In this document: positions 48,440 through 58,195 of the stretch, piece by piece
Position numbering within the stretch: the stretch's first letter is position 1
Layout: each line of letters starts with the position of its first letter
Assembly (NCBI GenBank): GCA_965200315.1
Contig: OZ241362.1
Span: 3,264,001-3,328,000, forward strand
DNA length: 64,000 bases
Direction of reading: 5' to 3'
From: Candidatus Latescibacterota bacterium
Lineage (GTDB): Bacteria > Latescibacterota > UBA2968 > UBA8231
Notes under the pieces: generated by a model
What the model saw: only the letters and a program-made list of their open reading frames with translations
Database searches by the model: none
What the model was told of the DNA's origin: nothing
Made by a program: the position numbers and the translations under genes

Positions 48440-48618
48440 ATGCAGAAAAAAACCAACAGAGCCGATTGCACCAAGGCCAGCAAGGTGGTGTAAAAGGCGA
48501 CCCCTAGCCGCCCGGTGATCGCCGCCAACAGCGTGGGAGCTTAAGGATTTTCAATGCGCGCGGCGTAGTCCAGCGCAAAGGCGATCCCTACGACGGTGCC
48601 AAGAAAGCCCAAGGATAC
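48440..48618 (-). pseudogene. MotA/TolQ/ExbB proton-channel fragment
   Basis: LGFLGTVVGI...ENP*...LGVAFYTTLLALVQS with in-frame TAA at 48541-48543. Confidence 0.7.
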
Positions 48619-48709
48619 CGCCCTGCGGCCCCAGCAACAAATCCATCTGCGTACTCGGTATGTACACTAAGGGAAAGGTTGGGACTGATCAGTGCCCTGA
48701 CCGCGCTTC

Positions 48710-50416
48710 TTATAGGTTGCGGACGAGGGCCTCTACCGGCGTACGGAGGACCTCAATTTGCGCCGCGTACTCGTGGCGCAATTGGATGATGAACTGCCCA
48801 AAGAGCCGCTCCTGCTTCTGGCGGCGCACCAACGCCCGAGCGCGGCGCTCGGCCTGCGCGAAGGGCCTCGGTGCGGCGTCGACCGTCGAAGCAAGCAAGC
48901 GGAAAATGGCGTAGTACGGGCCGCTGATCGGCTCGGAGCTTAGCACCTCAGCGGCGGCGACCTCCAAAGCGACCGGACCAATGAGTGCGCCGATTTTTTG
49001 CCCTTGGGCCGCCTCAAAGAGCGGGACGAACTGTTGCTTCTCCCAAGGATGCAGGTGGAACTCTCCTTGGTTGGCTCTGCCGCGCTGGCGCAGGGTGTGC
49101 TCGGCGGCCAGCGCACCCAAGTCGCCGCCGCGCTCCACTTCCTCGCGCAGCGCGAGCGCCTCCTCCTCGGTGCGGAGCAAAACTTCCTGCACGCCAATCG
49201 ATTCGAGGGGGCGGAAAAGGTTGGGGTGGTGGTCGTAGAACGCACGGGCTTCTTCGCGGCTGGCAAAGACGCCATCGACCACGTCCCGGCGCATGGCCAC
49301 CAGCAGGTTTGACAGCCACCGCTTTTGGAACCAAGCGACCACTTCTTCTTCGCGGTCAACGCCTGCTGTATAAGCACCGGCCAAGAGCAGCGCACGCGGC
49401 TCGACGATGTCTTGGACGAACCAGTCGAACCGCTCAGGCGCGTCCGCTGGAAAGCCGACGCCTAGCTCGCGGGCGAAATCGAGCAGATCGCCGATGGTAA
49501 ATGTGCCGCTCTCGTGCTCGTAGATCGGCTGCTCGTGCTCCTCGGTAGAAAACGCCTTGGCGCCCTGCCCGATGCGACCGCGCACGCGCTCCAAGGCTTG
49601 GGCGCGAACCACAAAGTCGAGTTCCTGCCGCAAGCGGGCCGACAGCGCCTGCACGGCCGGCGGCAGCTTCTCCTTGAGCAGCTCGGCCTCGATGACCGAC
49701 TGCACGACCGAGAGCTTGACCGGCACTTCGGCTGTTACCTCGTACACGCCGAACTGGTCGTTGAAGAGCACTGGCTCCGAAAATTGGCCCGGTGCCAGCG
49801 GAAAGACCTTCTCCTGCAAGAGGCGTGGGTACAGCTCGTCCTTGAGCAGGTAGCGGCCCTCCTCTAGCTGGGTCGCGGCGAGCAGGGTGCGGTTGGCATA
49901 GACGGCGAAATCGGCGCCGCCCTCCAAGGCCGCCTTGATTGCTCTCGCCTCTGGCATTGTGGCAACGACGATGCGCCGCACCTGTACGGCGCGGTCACGG
50001 CCCGTCTTTTGTTGGTGGGCCAGCATTTCCTCTTGCGTGTGGACGATCTTGTCGTACACCGCTAGCTGCAAAAAGCGGCGCAAAACGCGGTCGCTATACA
50101 GCTTGTCCATCTTACGGCGGAAATCGGCGCGCTGGTCGAGGCCCCGTTTCTTGGCCTCTAGGACCATGAGCTCTTTGTCGATCATGGTCTGCAAGTAGTC
50201 GAAATAGGCGTCAGCACCCGTCTTTTTGCTCCGCAGATCGGGGTGTAGCCTTTCTTCAAATTCCAGCAATTGGGGGACGTCGATTTCCACCTCGCCGACT
50301 CGGGCCACTACCAAGTCCTCGGTGGGAGGGGTGCCGCAGCTCCAGCAAACGAGGAGCCACAGCCAATATACCGCGTGCTTTGCTCTAATCACTAAGTCCT
50401 GCTTGTACTGTGACAA
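48710..50416 (-). CDS. SurA/PrsA-like parvulin peptidyl-prolyl isomerase, probable lipoprotein, two rotamase modules
   Basis: LVCWSC lipobox-like; VVARVG; two units I.V..EA..I...L..G.DF and VLL.TEEEA...GGDL..LA.EH; start may be GTG 50392. Confidence 0.8.
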   Translation of the reverse strand: MSQYKQDLVIRAKHAVYWLWLLVCWSCGTPPTEDLVVARVGEVEIDVPQLLEFEERLHPDLRSKKTGADAYFDYLQTMIDKELMVLEAKKRGLDQRADFRRKMDKLYSDRVLRRFLQLAVYDKIVHTQEEMLAHQQKTGRDRAVQVRRIVVATMPEARAIKAALEGGADFAVYANRTLLAATQLEEGRYLLKDELYPRLLQEKVFPLAPGQFSEPVLFNDQFGVYEVTAEVPVKLSVVQSVIEAELLKEKLPPAVQALSARLRQELDFVVRAQALERVRGRIGQGAKAFSTEEHEQPIYEHESGTFTIGDLLDFARELGVGFPADAPERFDWFVQDIVEPRALLLAGAYTAGVDREEEVVAWFQKRWLSNLLVAMRRDVVDGVFASREEARAFYDHHPNLFRPLESIGVQEVLLRTEEEALALREEVERGGDLGALAAEHTLRQRGRANQGEFHLHPWEKQQFVPLFEAAQGQKIGALIGPVALEVAAAEVLSSEPISGPYYAIFRLLASTVDAAPRPFAQAERRARALVRRQKQERLFGQFIIQLRHEYAAQIEVLRTPVEALVRNL

Positions 50417-53243
50417 AAGTCAAACCGCTGGTTTCGGTGCGGGCCTTCTGCGCCGCACGCTCTATCTGTCGCTTGTCGATGCGCAGCCCCACTTGGGACA
50501 TGAGCTTATAGCCCAAGTACGATGTCGTATTGGACAATTGCACGGCGAAGGACGTCTCGTCGTAGTCTCCGGTGGGATCACCTGCGTTGCCGGTGTCCTC
50601 GTCCACGACCATGTCGCGGAAGCGCAGGTACTCCGTGCCGAACTGTACGACCGAGCGTTTCATAAAGGGTACCTTTACCAATACCGAGACCAGCGTGCTC
50701 CAGTCGCGCCGCTCGGCCGTCGGGGTGCCTAGCTGCCGCTCGATGTTGAACGGGGTATCGTCCATGAACAGCTCGTGCTTGAGGCGCGGCAGCGCGGTTA
50801 TGCGGCCCAGATGCAGCGGGTACTCGACCTTGTTGATCAGTCCCAAGCGCCGCGCATGGCGTTGCAAAGAGCGGCCATCGCGGTCAACGGCATCCTCTCG
50901 CCGCTGCTGTATGAGTTCATACAGCAGCTTGTTCTCGCTCTGGAGGCCATCGCGGCCGCGGCGCTCAGCACCTATCCACAGCTTGTTGACCAAAGCATCG
51001 CTCATGCTCAGCGGATCGCGGATGGCGGTCATGCCGCCGGGGGAATTGCTCGGGCGACCGAGCACAGGGCGCAATTGAATCCACTGCACCAGGTCTTCGG
51101 CGATCGCGTCGGCGACCCACTTGAACGAATTATACGCCGTCAGCGTACCCAATCCGGCCAAGCTCTGTTCGTACGCCAGCAAGGCATAGTACGTGCGGTT
51201 GCGCGCACCCGTAGTTGGCTTGCGCTCCCACACCTGTCCAGTCGTCAGCTTGAGTTCGGGGGCCAGTTCCGCGCTTAGATAGGCGTTGTACCCGCGCCGG
51301 TCGCGCTTGTAGGGGTAGTCGGGCTCTTCGTCGTTTTCAAAGCGGTCGCCCCAGCCATTGTTGTTCAAGTCGAGGGCAAAGAGATACTCGGGCCGATCGA
51401 CATTGTAGCGGAGAAAAGGCTCTTCGTAGTCGGGCAAGAAATTGGGACGCTCGCGCAGGTCGTTCTGATTGAAGTCGGAAATGAAGTCGTTGTTCTCGTC
51501 GAGGCCGGGAAAGACCGCGTCGTCGGCAAAGCCCTCAAAGGTGCGCGCACGGACGCCGCGCTGGTCGGCGGTGCGGCCATCGTCAAAGCGGCGCTTTTGG
51601 TCGTTGATGCGGTCGTTGTCGTCGTTGTCATCAACAAAATCGTACACGTGCCGCGCCCGCGCGTCGTCGTCGTTAGACCAATCCACCCGGCCGCTGCTAT
51701 CGACAAAGCGCGGGCTCGTGTCGTACTCGGCGTCTAGGCCGAAAGCCTCGCCAAAAAAGAAAAACGGCGCGAAACGACGCGAGACATTGAGCATCCAGCC
51801 TAAGGCCGCGCGATCCCCGCCAATGCCCGAGGACGCCTTGTGAGTATCCCGCGTCCGCGTCGGGTACTGGGTGAACTGGTGGTTGACGTTGAATTCGCCG
51901 TACACGCGGAAGCCAGCCCAGTCGTCAGCTTGGAGCGTCAGCCCGGCCACCTGCGTCGCCGTCGGCAGCCCGTAGTCGAAGACGACCGTGCGCTGGTTGG
52001 AGTTGTCCCAGACGTTGCCCTCGGCCCGGGCGACCGTGCGAAACTGCGGCTGCTCGCCGCTGGGACTATTGTCGGTCTGGCGATTGGAGGTGACCTCTAC
52101 TTTGTAATCGTTGCCCAACACCAAGCGGAAGCGCACCCGGCTGATTTGGTTGACCAAGTCCGCGCTCGGCACTACGGCCTCTAGGTCCCTGACTGCTGGA
52201 TCGTCGTCGGAGAATACGTATTCGAGCAAAATTTGGCTCGCCTCACCCCGGCCCTCGGCCGTCAGAAAGCCGCCCCGCTCGATTCCACCGACAATGCGCG
52301 GCGCAAAGCCAATCTCGCTGCCAATCAGCAGCGTGTCGCGCTCGCCGAGCCGCGTCTCAATCTCAATGTCGCTGCTGAAAAGCACGGCACCGCCGCCCTC
52401 GTCTTCAGGCGAATCGTCGGTCAGCCGCACCACGATGCGGTCGATGCGTCCGTCTAGCTGGCCGCTCGTCAGCTTGCCCTTGAGCGGGTGGCCCTCAAAG
52501 CGGTCGGAAGCCGTCCGGCCATTGTGCGCGTTGAGAAAGGTGCCGCCGAGCCGCGTCGTATTGCCCAAGTCCCAGACCACGCGCCCGCCGATGAGGTTGG
52601 TGAAATTGTCTTCTGTCACTGGAAAGGGGTCCGTGCGGAAGAGCGGCAGGTTGATCCGCGACATGAGCACCGTGGCCGTCAGGCGGTCGGCCGCGTAGTT
52701 GAACATAACCCCGTTGTACGCGGTCTTGCGAAAGGTCATGGGCGTCAGCATGGCGAAAATTTCGTCGCCGATGAGCACCGAGAAGTAGTGCTGGCCCTTG
52801 GTGTCGCCGGCAATGACCAAGTTGTTGAACCACGAGCCGTATTGGCTGGCCTGCAAAATGCCCGAGCCGCCCGAGCCGGTCGGCTGGACCTGACGCCAGT
52901 CGTAGATCAACCAGCCCTTGTTCAAGAAGCGCCCGTAGAGGTCGTAGAAGTACCCGCCCTCCAACCCCGGATCGAGGTAGCGACGGTATGGGTCCCGCGC
53001 GTAGTTGGTGTAGGCCCACTGCCGACGGTACTCACCGGCGATTTCCTGTGGCAGATACCACTTCTGCACAGAGGGATAGACAGCCTCCATGCGCAGCCCC
53101 GTGCCGGCCGAATAGTAGATCGGCTGGCCCGTTTCGATGCGGCCCAAGCGGCTGCCGTAATCCTCGCGCTGGGCGTTGAGCGGCGCAGCCCCAAGCAGCG
53201 CGACCCAGCAGAGCGCACCGACGTGGCGCAAGCTGGCGTTCAT
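50385..53243 (-). CDS. Large secreted protein, predicted outer-membrane beta-barrel (paralog 1)
   Basis: Signal peptide; alternating aromatic/hydrophobic strands; acidic DDNDDND, DENNDFISDFNQND, DLNNNGW motifs; ends FVTVQAGLSD; barrel is inference. Confidence 0.7.
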   Translation of the reverse strand: MNASLRHVGALCWVALLGAAPLNAQREDYGSRLGRIETGQPIYYSAGTGLRMEAVYPSVQKWYLPQEIAGEYRRQWAYTNYARDPYRRYLDPGLEGGYFYDLYGRFLNKGWLIYDWRQVQPTGSGGSGILQASQYGSWFNNLVIAGDTKGQHYFSVLIGDEIFAMLTPMTFRKTAYNGVMFNYAADRLTATVLMSRINLPLFRTDPFPVTEDNFTNLIGGRVVWDLGNTTRLGGTFLNAHNGRTASDRFEGHPLKGKLTSGQLDGRIDRIVVRLTDDSPEDEGGGAVLFSSDIEIETRLGERDTLLIGSEIGFAPRIVGGIERGGFLTAEGRGEASQILLEYVFSDDDPAVRDLEAVVPSADLVNQISRVRFRLVLGNDYKVEVTSNRQTDNSPSGEQPQFRTVARAEGNVWDNSNQRTVVFDYGLPTATQVAGLTLQADDWAGFRVYGEFNVNHQFTQYPTRTRDTHKASSGIGGDRAALGWMLNVSRRFAPFFFFGEAFGLDAEYDTSPRFVDSSGRVDWSNDDDARARHVYDFVDDNDDNDRINDQKRRFDDGRTADQRGVRARTFEGFADDAVFPGLDENNDFISDFNQNDLRERPNFLPDYEEPFLRYNVDRPEYLFALDLNNNGWGDRFENDEEPDYPYKRDRRGYNAYLSAELAPELKLTTGQVWERKPTTGARNRTYYALLAYEQSLAGLGTLTAYNSFKWVADAIAEDLVQWIQLRPVLGRPSNSPGGMTAIRDPLSMSDALVNKLWIGAERRGRDGLQSENKLLYELIQQRREDAVDRDGRSLQRHARRLGLINKVEYPLHLGRITALPRLKHELFMDDTPFNIERQLGTPTAERRDWSTLVSVLVKVPFMKRSVVQFGTEYLRFRDMVVDEDTGNAGDPTGDYDETSFAVQLSNTTSYLGYKLMSQVGLRIDKRQIERAAQKARTETSGLTFVTVQAGLSD

Positions 53244-53247
53244 GCCG

Positions 53248-56004
53248 CTACTCCAGCCCCGCGTACACGGTTATGAAGCTAGTGCTAAAGGCGCTGATTT
53301 CATTCGTCCGCTCCAAGCCTTCGCTACCGATAATCACCCGCTCCTCCCACAGGCGCGTATAGCTAAAACCAAACTGCGTCGTCAGCCGGTAGCCCAAGTA
53401 GGAACCGGCACTGGACCATTGCAGGGCTAGCACCAAATTGCGGAAGTCGCCCGTAGGCCCGGCCGGGCCGTTGGCGAGTTGCTCGTCCTCGTCGAGGACC
53501 AAGTCTCGGAACAAGGAAAATTCAACGCCCCCTTCCACTAGCGACTGGCTCAACAGTGGGTGGCTCAGCAGCACGATGCCCGTGCCGACCCATTCCTTGC
53601 GGTCCTCAGCGCGTGCTTCGAGCGCAGTCTGGTTGAGATATTCGCTCTTGACCTTGGGCTGCAACTTAAAGCCAGCCAAGCCGAAGGTGTAATCCGCTTT
53701 GTTGATCAGCCCAATCAAGTGGCTGCCTTGATTGAGCGCCGGGCCTTTGACGCGGCTTTTGAACGCGTTGCCCTGCTGCCAAAAGCGCTCGTACTTGAAC
53801 TTGTTGATCGCGTTTAGGTTGTCGAGCGGCTGGTAGTCGAGCTGCAAATAGGTCGTGTTGATCCACGTATCCCGCGCCGGCAGCATGTCGCGCACCAGCG
53901 CGAGCGAGTTGACTTCAAGGTGTGGCGTCATCTCGCGCCGGTCGTCGGCAATATCGTCTTCCACGCGCCGCAGCATCTCAAAGGCCCGCAACCGGCCCCA
54001 CGTGAAGTCGCGGTCGTAGGTCAAAAGGCCATACGCGGCGCGGTTGCGCCCGTCGGAGGCCATGCTCTTTTCATTCAGCCTGCCCAACGTCAGCCGCGTG
54101 TGCGGGTCGAGAAACATGCCGGCGTACAGGTTGTAGCCCCGGCGATCGGTTTTGTAGGGATAGTCGGGCAAGTCGTCGTTTTCAAAGCGGTCGATCCACC
54201 CGTTGTTGTTCAGGTCAATGCCGAACAAAAACTCCGGGCGATCGGCCGCATAGCGGAAGAAAGGCTCTTCGTAATCCGGGATGCGGTTGTTGAGGATGCG
54301 ATTGTCGTTTTGGTTGAAGTCGGAGACAAAGTCGTTGTTCTCGTCCCACCCCGGGAAGACGGCCACATCGCCGCCGCCCTGCGAGAAGCGGAACCAATCG
54401 GCCGAGCGGTCTTGGTCGTCGTTGTCGTCAACCAATTCGTACAGAGACATGCGCGGATTGTCGTAGGTAATGTCCCCGCCGTCATCCACGATAAATGAAC
54501 TCGTCGAGTAATCCGGGGCTATGCTGTACGCCTCGCCGAAAAAGTAAAACGGCGCAGCCACCTTGGAGGCGTTGATCATCCAGGCCTCGGCGTCGCGGGC
54601 ATGTGTGGACAGCGAGCGATCGGCTGCTTGACGCGCCGGGTTGGGATACTGGCTGTACGCCCGGCTGACGTCGAATTCGGCGTATAGATCCACGCCCTTG
54701 ATATCCGTGGCTTCCACTGTGAAGCCGTAGAGCAAACGGGACGACGGCAATCCATAGTCGAAGACGACTCGCTGCTGGTTGGAATTGTCCTGCACATTGC
54801 CCTCGGCACTGAGGATGTCGAACAACGCCGGGGATTGATCCTCAACTTCTTGGCCCGTCAGCGGCAAGACCGGCAGAGCGCGGCTACCCGTCTGCCGGTC
54901 GGACCAAACCTGTACCTTGTAGTCATTGGCCAAGACTAAGTCGAATTGCACGGCGACCAGATCCGAGGGACGCGGGCCGGTATAGGCGATATCCGCGAAG
55001 TCGTAGTTGATGACGATCTTCTCTTCGCCATCGGCAGCCAAGGCCCCTTCCTTGGGGGCCCCGCCCGACACTACGGGCCACCGCGCCGGATCGGCGACCA
55101 CGTCGCGGAGCCTAAATTGCTCGCGCTCCCCCGTCTCTGGGTCCTCGCTCGTCAAGACGAGATCGTGCGAAAACAGGGTGGCCCCGCCCCGACCGTCCTC
55201 GGGCGAGTCGTCGCTGAGGACTAGGGCAATGCCCGAGACCGGCAGACTGCCCCGATTGGCAGCAAGGGTGCCGACGAAGGGGTTGCGCTCAAACGCATCG
55301 GCCACGGTGGTGGAGTTGCGCGCATTGACTAAATTGGCCCCCACGGCTACGAAATCGCCAATTTGCACCACGGCGCGGCCAGCCATCAGGTTGGTGGCAT
55401 TGGACACGACACTGGGGTCGTTGGGTGTACTGCCGATGACTGGGCGGCTCACCCGCGAAAAGAGCAGGGTGCCCTCGTACTTGTCCGCGGCAAAGTCCAT
55501 CTGTACGCCGCTGAAGGCCGGCTTGGAGAAGGTGAGCGGGGTCAGGGTCGTGCGGATTCGATCGCCCACTGTGATCGCATAGTAGAACTGCCCCTGCGAG
55601 TCTGAGCTAATAGTGACCGCATTAAACCAGTTGTTAAAGCGCGGATCCTTGAAGATGGACGAACCAAACTGCACGGGCTGGTTCTGGCTCCAGTCGTAGA
55701 TGAGCCAGCCGCGCGTCAAGTAGTTGCCGTACAGGTCGTAAAACGGAGAGCCTTCAATCGTGGTGCTGACGTAGCGCTCGTACGCGTCGCGTGCGTAGTT
55801 GGTGTACTGCCACTGCTGCCAACCGTAGTCGGCAAACAGCTCCTGCGGTACATACCAGCGTTTGATCGTTGGATCCAAGGCGTCGAAGAGTACGCCCGGC
55901 CCGCGCGGTTCATAGGTAATGTCCGCGCCCCAGCGCCGGCCTTGGGCATGGGCACTTATCGCCGCGACGAGCAAGGCGGCGAGTATCCACCGTAGGTCCC
56001 TCAT
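53248..56004 (-). CDS. Large secreted protein, predicted outer-membrane beta-barrel (paralog 2)
   Basis: Colinear with paralog 1 (WY.PQE, W.YTNYARD.Y.RY, GWLIYDW, LTP.TF.K, DDSPED, PDYEEPF, FEND..PDYPYK); ends FITVYAGLE. Confidence 0.7.
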   Translation of the reverse strand: MRDLRWILAALLVAAISAHAQGRRWGADITYEPRGPGVLFDALDPTIKRWYVPQELFADYGWQQWQYTNYARDAYERYVSTTIEGSPFYDLYGNYLTRGWLIYDWSQNQPVQFGSSIFKDPRFNNWFNAVTISSDSQGQFYYAITVGDRIRTTLTPLTFSKPAFSGVQMDFAADKYEGTLLFSRVSRPVIGSTPNDPSVVSNATNLMAGRAVVQIGDFVAVGANLVNARNSTTVADAFERNPFVGTLAANRGSLPVSGIALVLSDDSPEDGRGGATLFSHDLVLTSEDPETGEREQFRLRDVVADPARWPVVSGGAPKEGALAADGEEKIVINYDFADIAYTGPRPSDLVAVQFDLVLANDYKVQVWSDRQTGSRALPVLPLTGQEVEDQSPALFDILSAEGNVQDNSNQQRVVFDYGLPSSRLLYGFTVEATDIKGVDLYAEFDVSRAYSQYPNPARQAADRSLSTHARDAEAWMINASKVAAPFYFFGEAYSIAPDYSTSSFIVDDGGDITYDNPRMSLYELVDDNDDQDRSADWFRFSQGGGDVAVFPGWDENNDFVSDFNQNDNRILNNRIPDYEEPFFRYAADRPEFLFGIDLNNNGWIDRFENDDLPDYPYKTDRRGYNLYAGMFLDPHTRLTLGRLNEKSMASDGRNRAAYGLLTYDRDFTWGRLRAFEMLRRVEDDIADDRREMTPHLEVNSLALVRDMLPARDTWINTTYLQLDYQPLDNLNAINKFKYERFWQQGNAFKSRVKGPALNQGSHLIGLINKADYTFGLAGFKLQPKVKSEYLNQTALEARAEDRKEWVGTGIVLLSHPLLSQSLVEGGVEFSLFRDLVLDEDEQLANGPAGPTGDFRNLVLALQWSSAGSYLGYRLTTQFGFSYTRLWEERVIIGSEGLERTNEISAFSTSFITVYAGLE

Positions 56005-56018
56005 TAGACCCTCCCTAA

Positions 56019-58184
56019 TCAGTACACTATTTCGACAGCTCTAACCGCGCTTTCGCCGCCCGCATCGCTGGCCAGCGTTACGCTCACTAGGTAAATGCCC
56101 GGCGGCAGCACGGCCCGGTTCGCATCCGCGCCGTCCCAAGGCATGGCGTATGAGCCGCCGCCCTGGAGGCCGGAAAACAGCCGCCGCACCCGGCGGCCAG
56201 CCAAATCGACGATTTCCACATCAACCGCTGCCGGGCTGACCAAACGGCTCAGATCGTAGGACACCTGTGTTGCGTCGTTGATTCCATCGCCGTTGGGGCT
56301 GAAGGGCCGGGGGTCGGTACGCACGTTGATCAGCAGGGCGCTGCCACTGGCTAGCGGCACATCCACCGAAAGGCCCCGGTTCGTCTCCGTGCCAACAGCC
56401 ACAAGATCGTCGTCGCCGGGCGCCAACGCGGCCACGTTGCCAGCGACGACCTCCTGCCCCACGTCCCCCTCGTCGCTGTTGAATGCAAAACCGGCGAACT
56501 TGGTGCCGTAGCGCAACACGCGGCTGCGAAAGCGAATTTTGAGCTGGGCTGTCCGCCCGGTCGCCAGCTCGCTTTCGGCAATGAGGGGGAAGCGCACGCG
56601 AAAGCGGCGCGCATCAACCGACTCGATGGCAAAGCGCCCGGTCTCGTCGGTAGCCGGCAGTGCGGCAAGATCGGCCATTGAAAAGTCTGCGGCCTCAACC
56701 TGCCCATCGGCATCGACGACCTCAATGGACTCAATGACCTCTACTCGCACTGGCGTAGCGATCTCAAAACCGTCAAAGCCCGTATCTACGCCGGGCCGAA
56801 TGGAAGTCGGCATCACCGCATAGACGAAATCCACCGGCTTGCCCAAATCGACCTGACGCGGAAAGATCTCGCCGAGAATCTGCGCGGCTGGCGGCGGCGT
56901 GGCCACCGTGAAGGCCAGCGGGCCGATGCCTGTGGCCGCCTCCAAGTCCTCGCTGAGAAAGTCGATGCGGAACTGTATGTACCGCCGCGGCCCGGGCGAG
57001 ACAATCGGCACGCCCAATTGGCTGTCCTCGATCTCTGCTTCGGTCAACAGGGTCCCCAATTCGTAGGGCGAGGACCACGGGCTCCAAGCGTCTAGGTCGG
57101 CGACCACATTGCCGCGCTCGGCACCCAAGCCCTTGTAGTCGTCCAGCGACAGCGAGATGGCGTTGCGCTCCGCTAGCGGCAGTGCGCCAAAGAGCGCACG
57201 CGCCCTCTCCAGATCGGCTTGGTCGAGATTGACCTCGCCGTCCTCAGCATCAACCGTGGCATTCTTTTGCCAAGGCACCTCGACTTGAACCCCCTCAAAG
57301 AAGAAGCGCCGGGTATAGACTAAGGGGGTGTCGTCCAAGCCGGTGCGGGTGCGCACACGCGCGTTGGCGAAACCAGCCGGGCCGACGCTTTCCTCCGCCC
57401 AGCGAATGGTCCCCCACAAGCCCAAATCTGGGCCGAGGTCGAATATGTTGGATATGTATTCGGCCGTGGGCACGAAGCCCGTGCCAAAGACTCGGAACTC
57501 GGCGATCTCAAAACCGTTGCTGGTGCGCGACTGCAAGCGGATGAAGCGCACAAATTGCGGGGGAATGCCCAGATCGACCAGCGCGTCTTGGTTGGCAGCA
57601 TTCAACCGAAACGAGCGCCATTCCGGGCCGCCCGCGCCTTGGGTCTCCTCGCTGCCGTCGTTGAAAAACAGCTCGTAGCCGCGGATGAAGTCCTCTTGGA
57701 AAGGTGCTGCCGGAAAATCTGGGTGGCCATTGCGCGGGAAGAACTGGACGCGATTGACCCCAAAGCGAGCACCTAGGTCGAAGTCCATGGCCATGCCGCG
57801 GATGACGGCCACGTTTTTGCGCTCCAATGCCGTTTCGCCGTCGCCGTCGATCATCGTCTCTAGCTGCGACTCAATGCCCGCTTCGAGCACCGTCGGCGAG
57901 GTGACCGAGCCGCCCCGCCCGAGTATGCCGAGCGCTAGATTGGTGCCCTCGACGACGTTCTGCGGAAAAATCCAACCCACCCGACCCTCGGGATCGAAAT
58001 CGATCACGCCACCCGGGGTGTTGCCGCTCTCGACCGCTCTGGCCCCGGTCGGGAAAATCGCCTGTATCTGGCCTCCGCCGTCTTGCCAAGACGATCCGCT
58101 CGCGCCACCGATGGCAATGCTCCGCGTCTCGGCCGTGCCTTGCAGTGCCGCTAACAACAGCAGCGCGATCGGCAACCAGTACAT
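56019..58184 (-). CDS. Secreted FlgD-Ig/T9SS-CTD-like domain protein (subtype B-like)
   Basis: MYWLPIALLLL signal after GGAGG; IAIGG; FDLG.RF; WSPWSSPY; FSPNGDGIND...WDG...PPGIY; ends VEIVY. Confidence 0.8.
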   Translation of the reverse strand: MYWLPIALLLLAALQGTAETRSIAIGGASGSSWQDGGGQIQAIFPTGARAVESGNTPGGVIDFDPEGRVGWIFPQNVVEGTNLALGILGRGGSVTSPTVLEAGIESQLETMIDGDGETALERKNVAVIRGMAMDFDLGARFGVNRVQFFPRNGHPDFPAAPFQEDFIRGYELFFNDGSEETQGAGGPEWRSFRLNAANQDALVDLGIPPQFVRFIRLQSRTSNGFEIAEFRVFGTGFVPTAEYISNIFDLGPDLGLWGTIRWAEESVGPAGFANARVRTRTGLDDTPLVYTRRFFFEGVQVEVPWQKNATVDAEDGEVNLDQADLERARALFGALPLAERNAISLSLDDYKGLGAERGNVVADLDAWSPWSSPYELGTLLTEAEIEDSQLGVPIVSPGPRRYIQFRIDFLSEDLEAATGIGPLAFTVATPPPAAQILGEIFPRQVDLGKPVDFVYAVMPTSIRPGVDTGFDGFEIATPVRVEVIESIEVVDADGQVEAADFSMADLAALPATDETGRFAIESVDARRFRVRFPLIAESELATGRTAQLKIRFRSRVLRYGTKFAGFAFNSDEGDVGQEVVAGNVAALAPGDDDLVAVGTETNRGLSVDVPLASGSALLINVRTDPRPFSPNGDGINDATQVSYDLSRLVSPAAVDVEIVDLAGRRVRRLFSGLQGGGSYAMPWDGADANRAVLPPGIYLVSVTLASDAGGESAVRAVEIVY

Positions 58185-58195
58185 CGCAACCTCCC

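Noticed and set aside
48541-48543. In-frame stop as possible recoding
   Set aside because: It is TAA inside a truncated fragment; simple decay is more likely
50385-56004. SusC/TonB-dependent receptors
   Set aside because: No TonB box or plug consensus recognised and no terminal aromatic residue; left as unassigned predicted barrels
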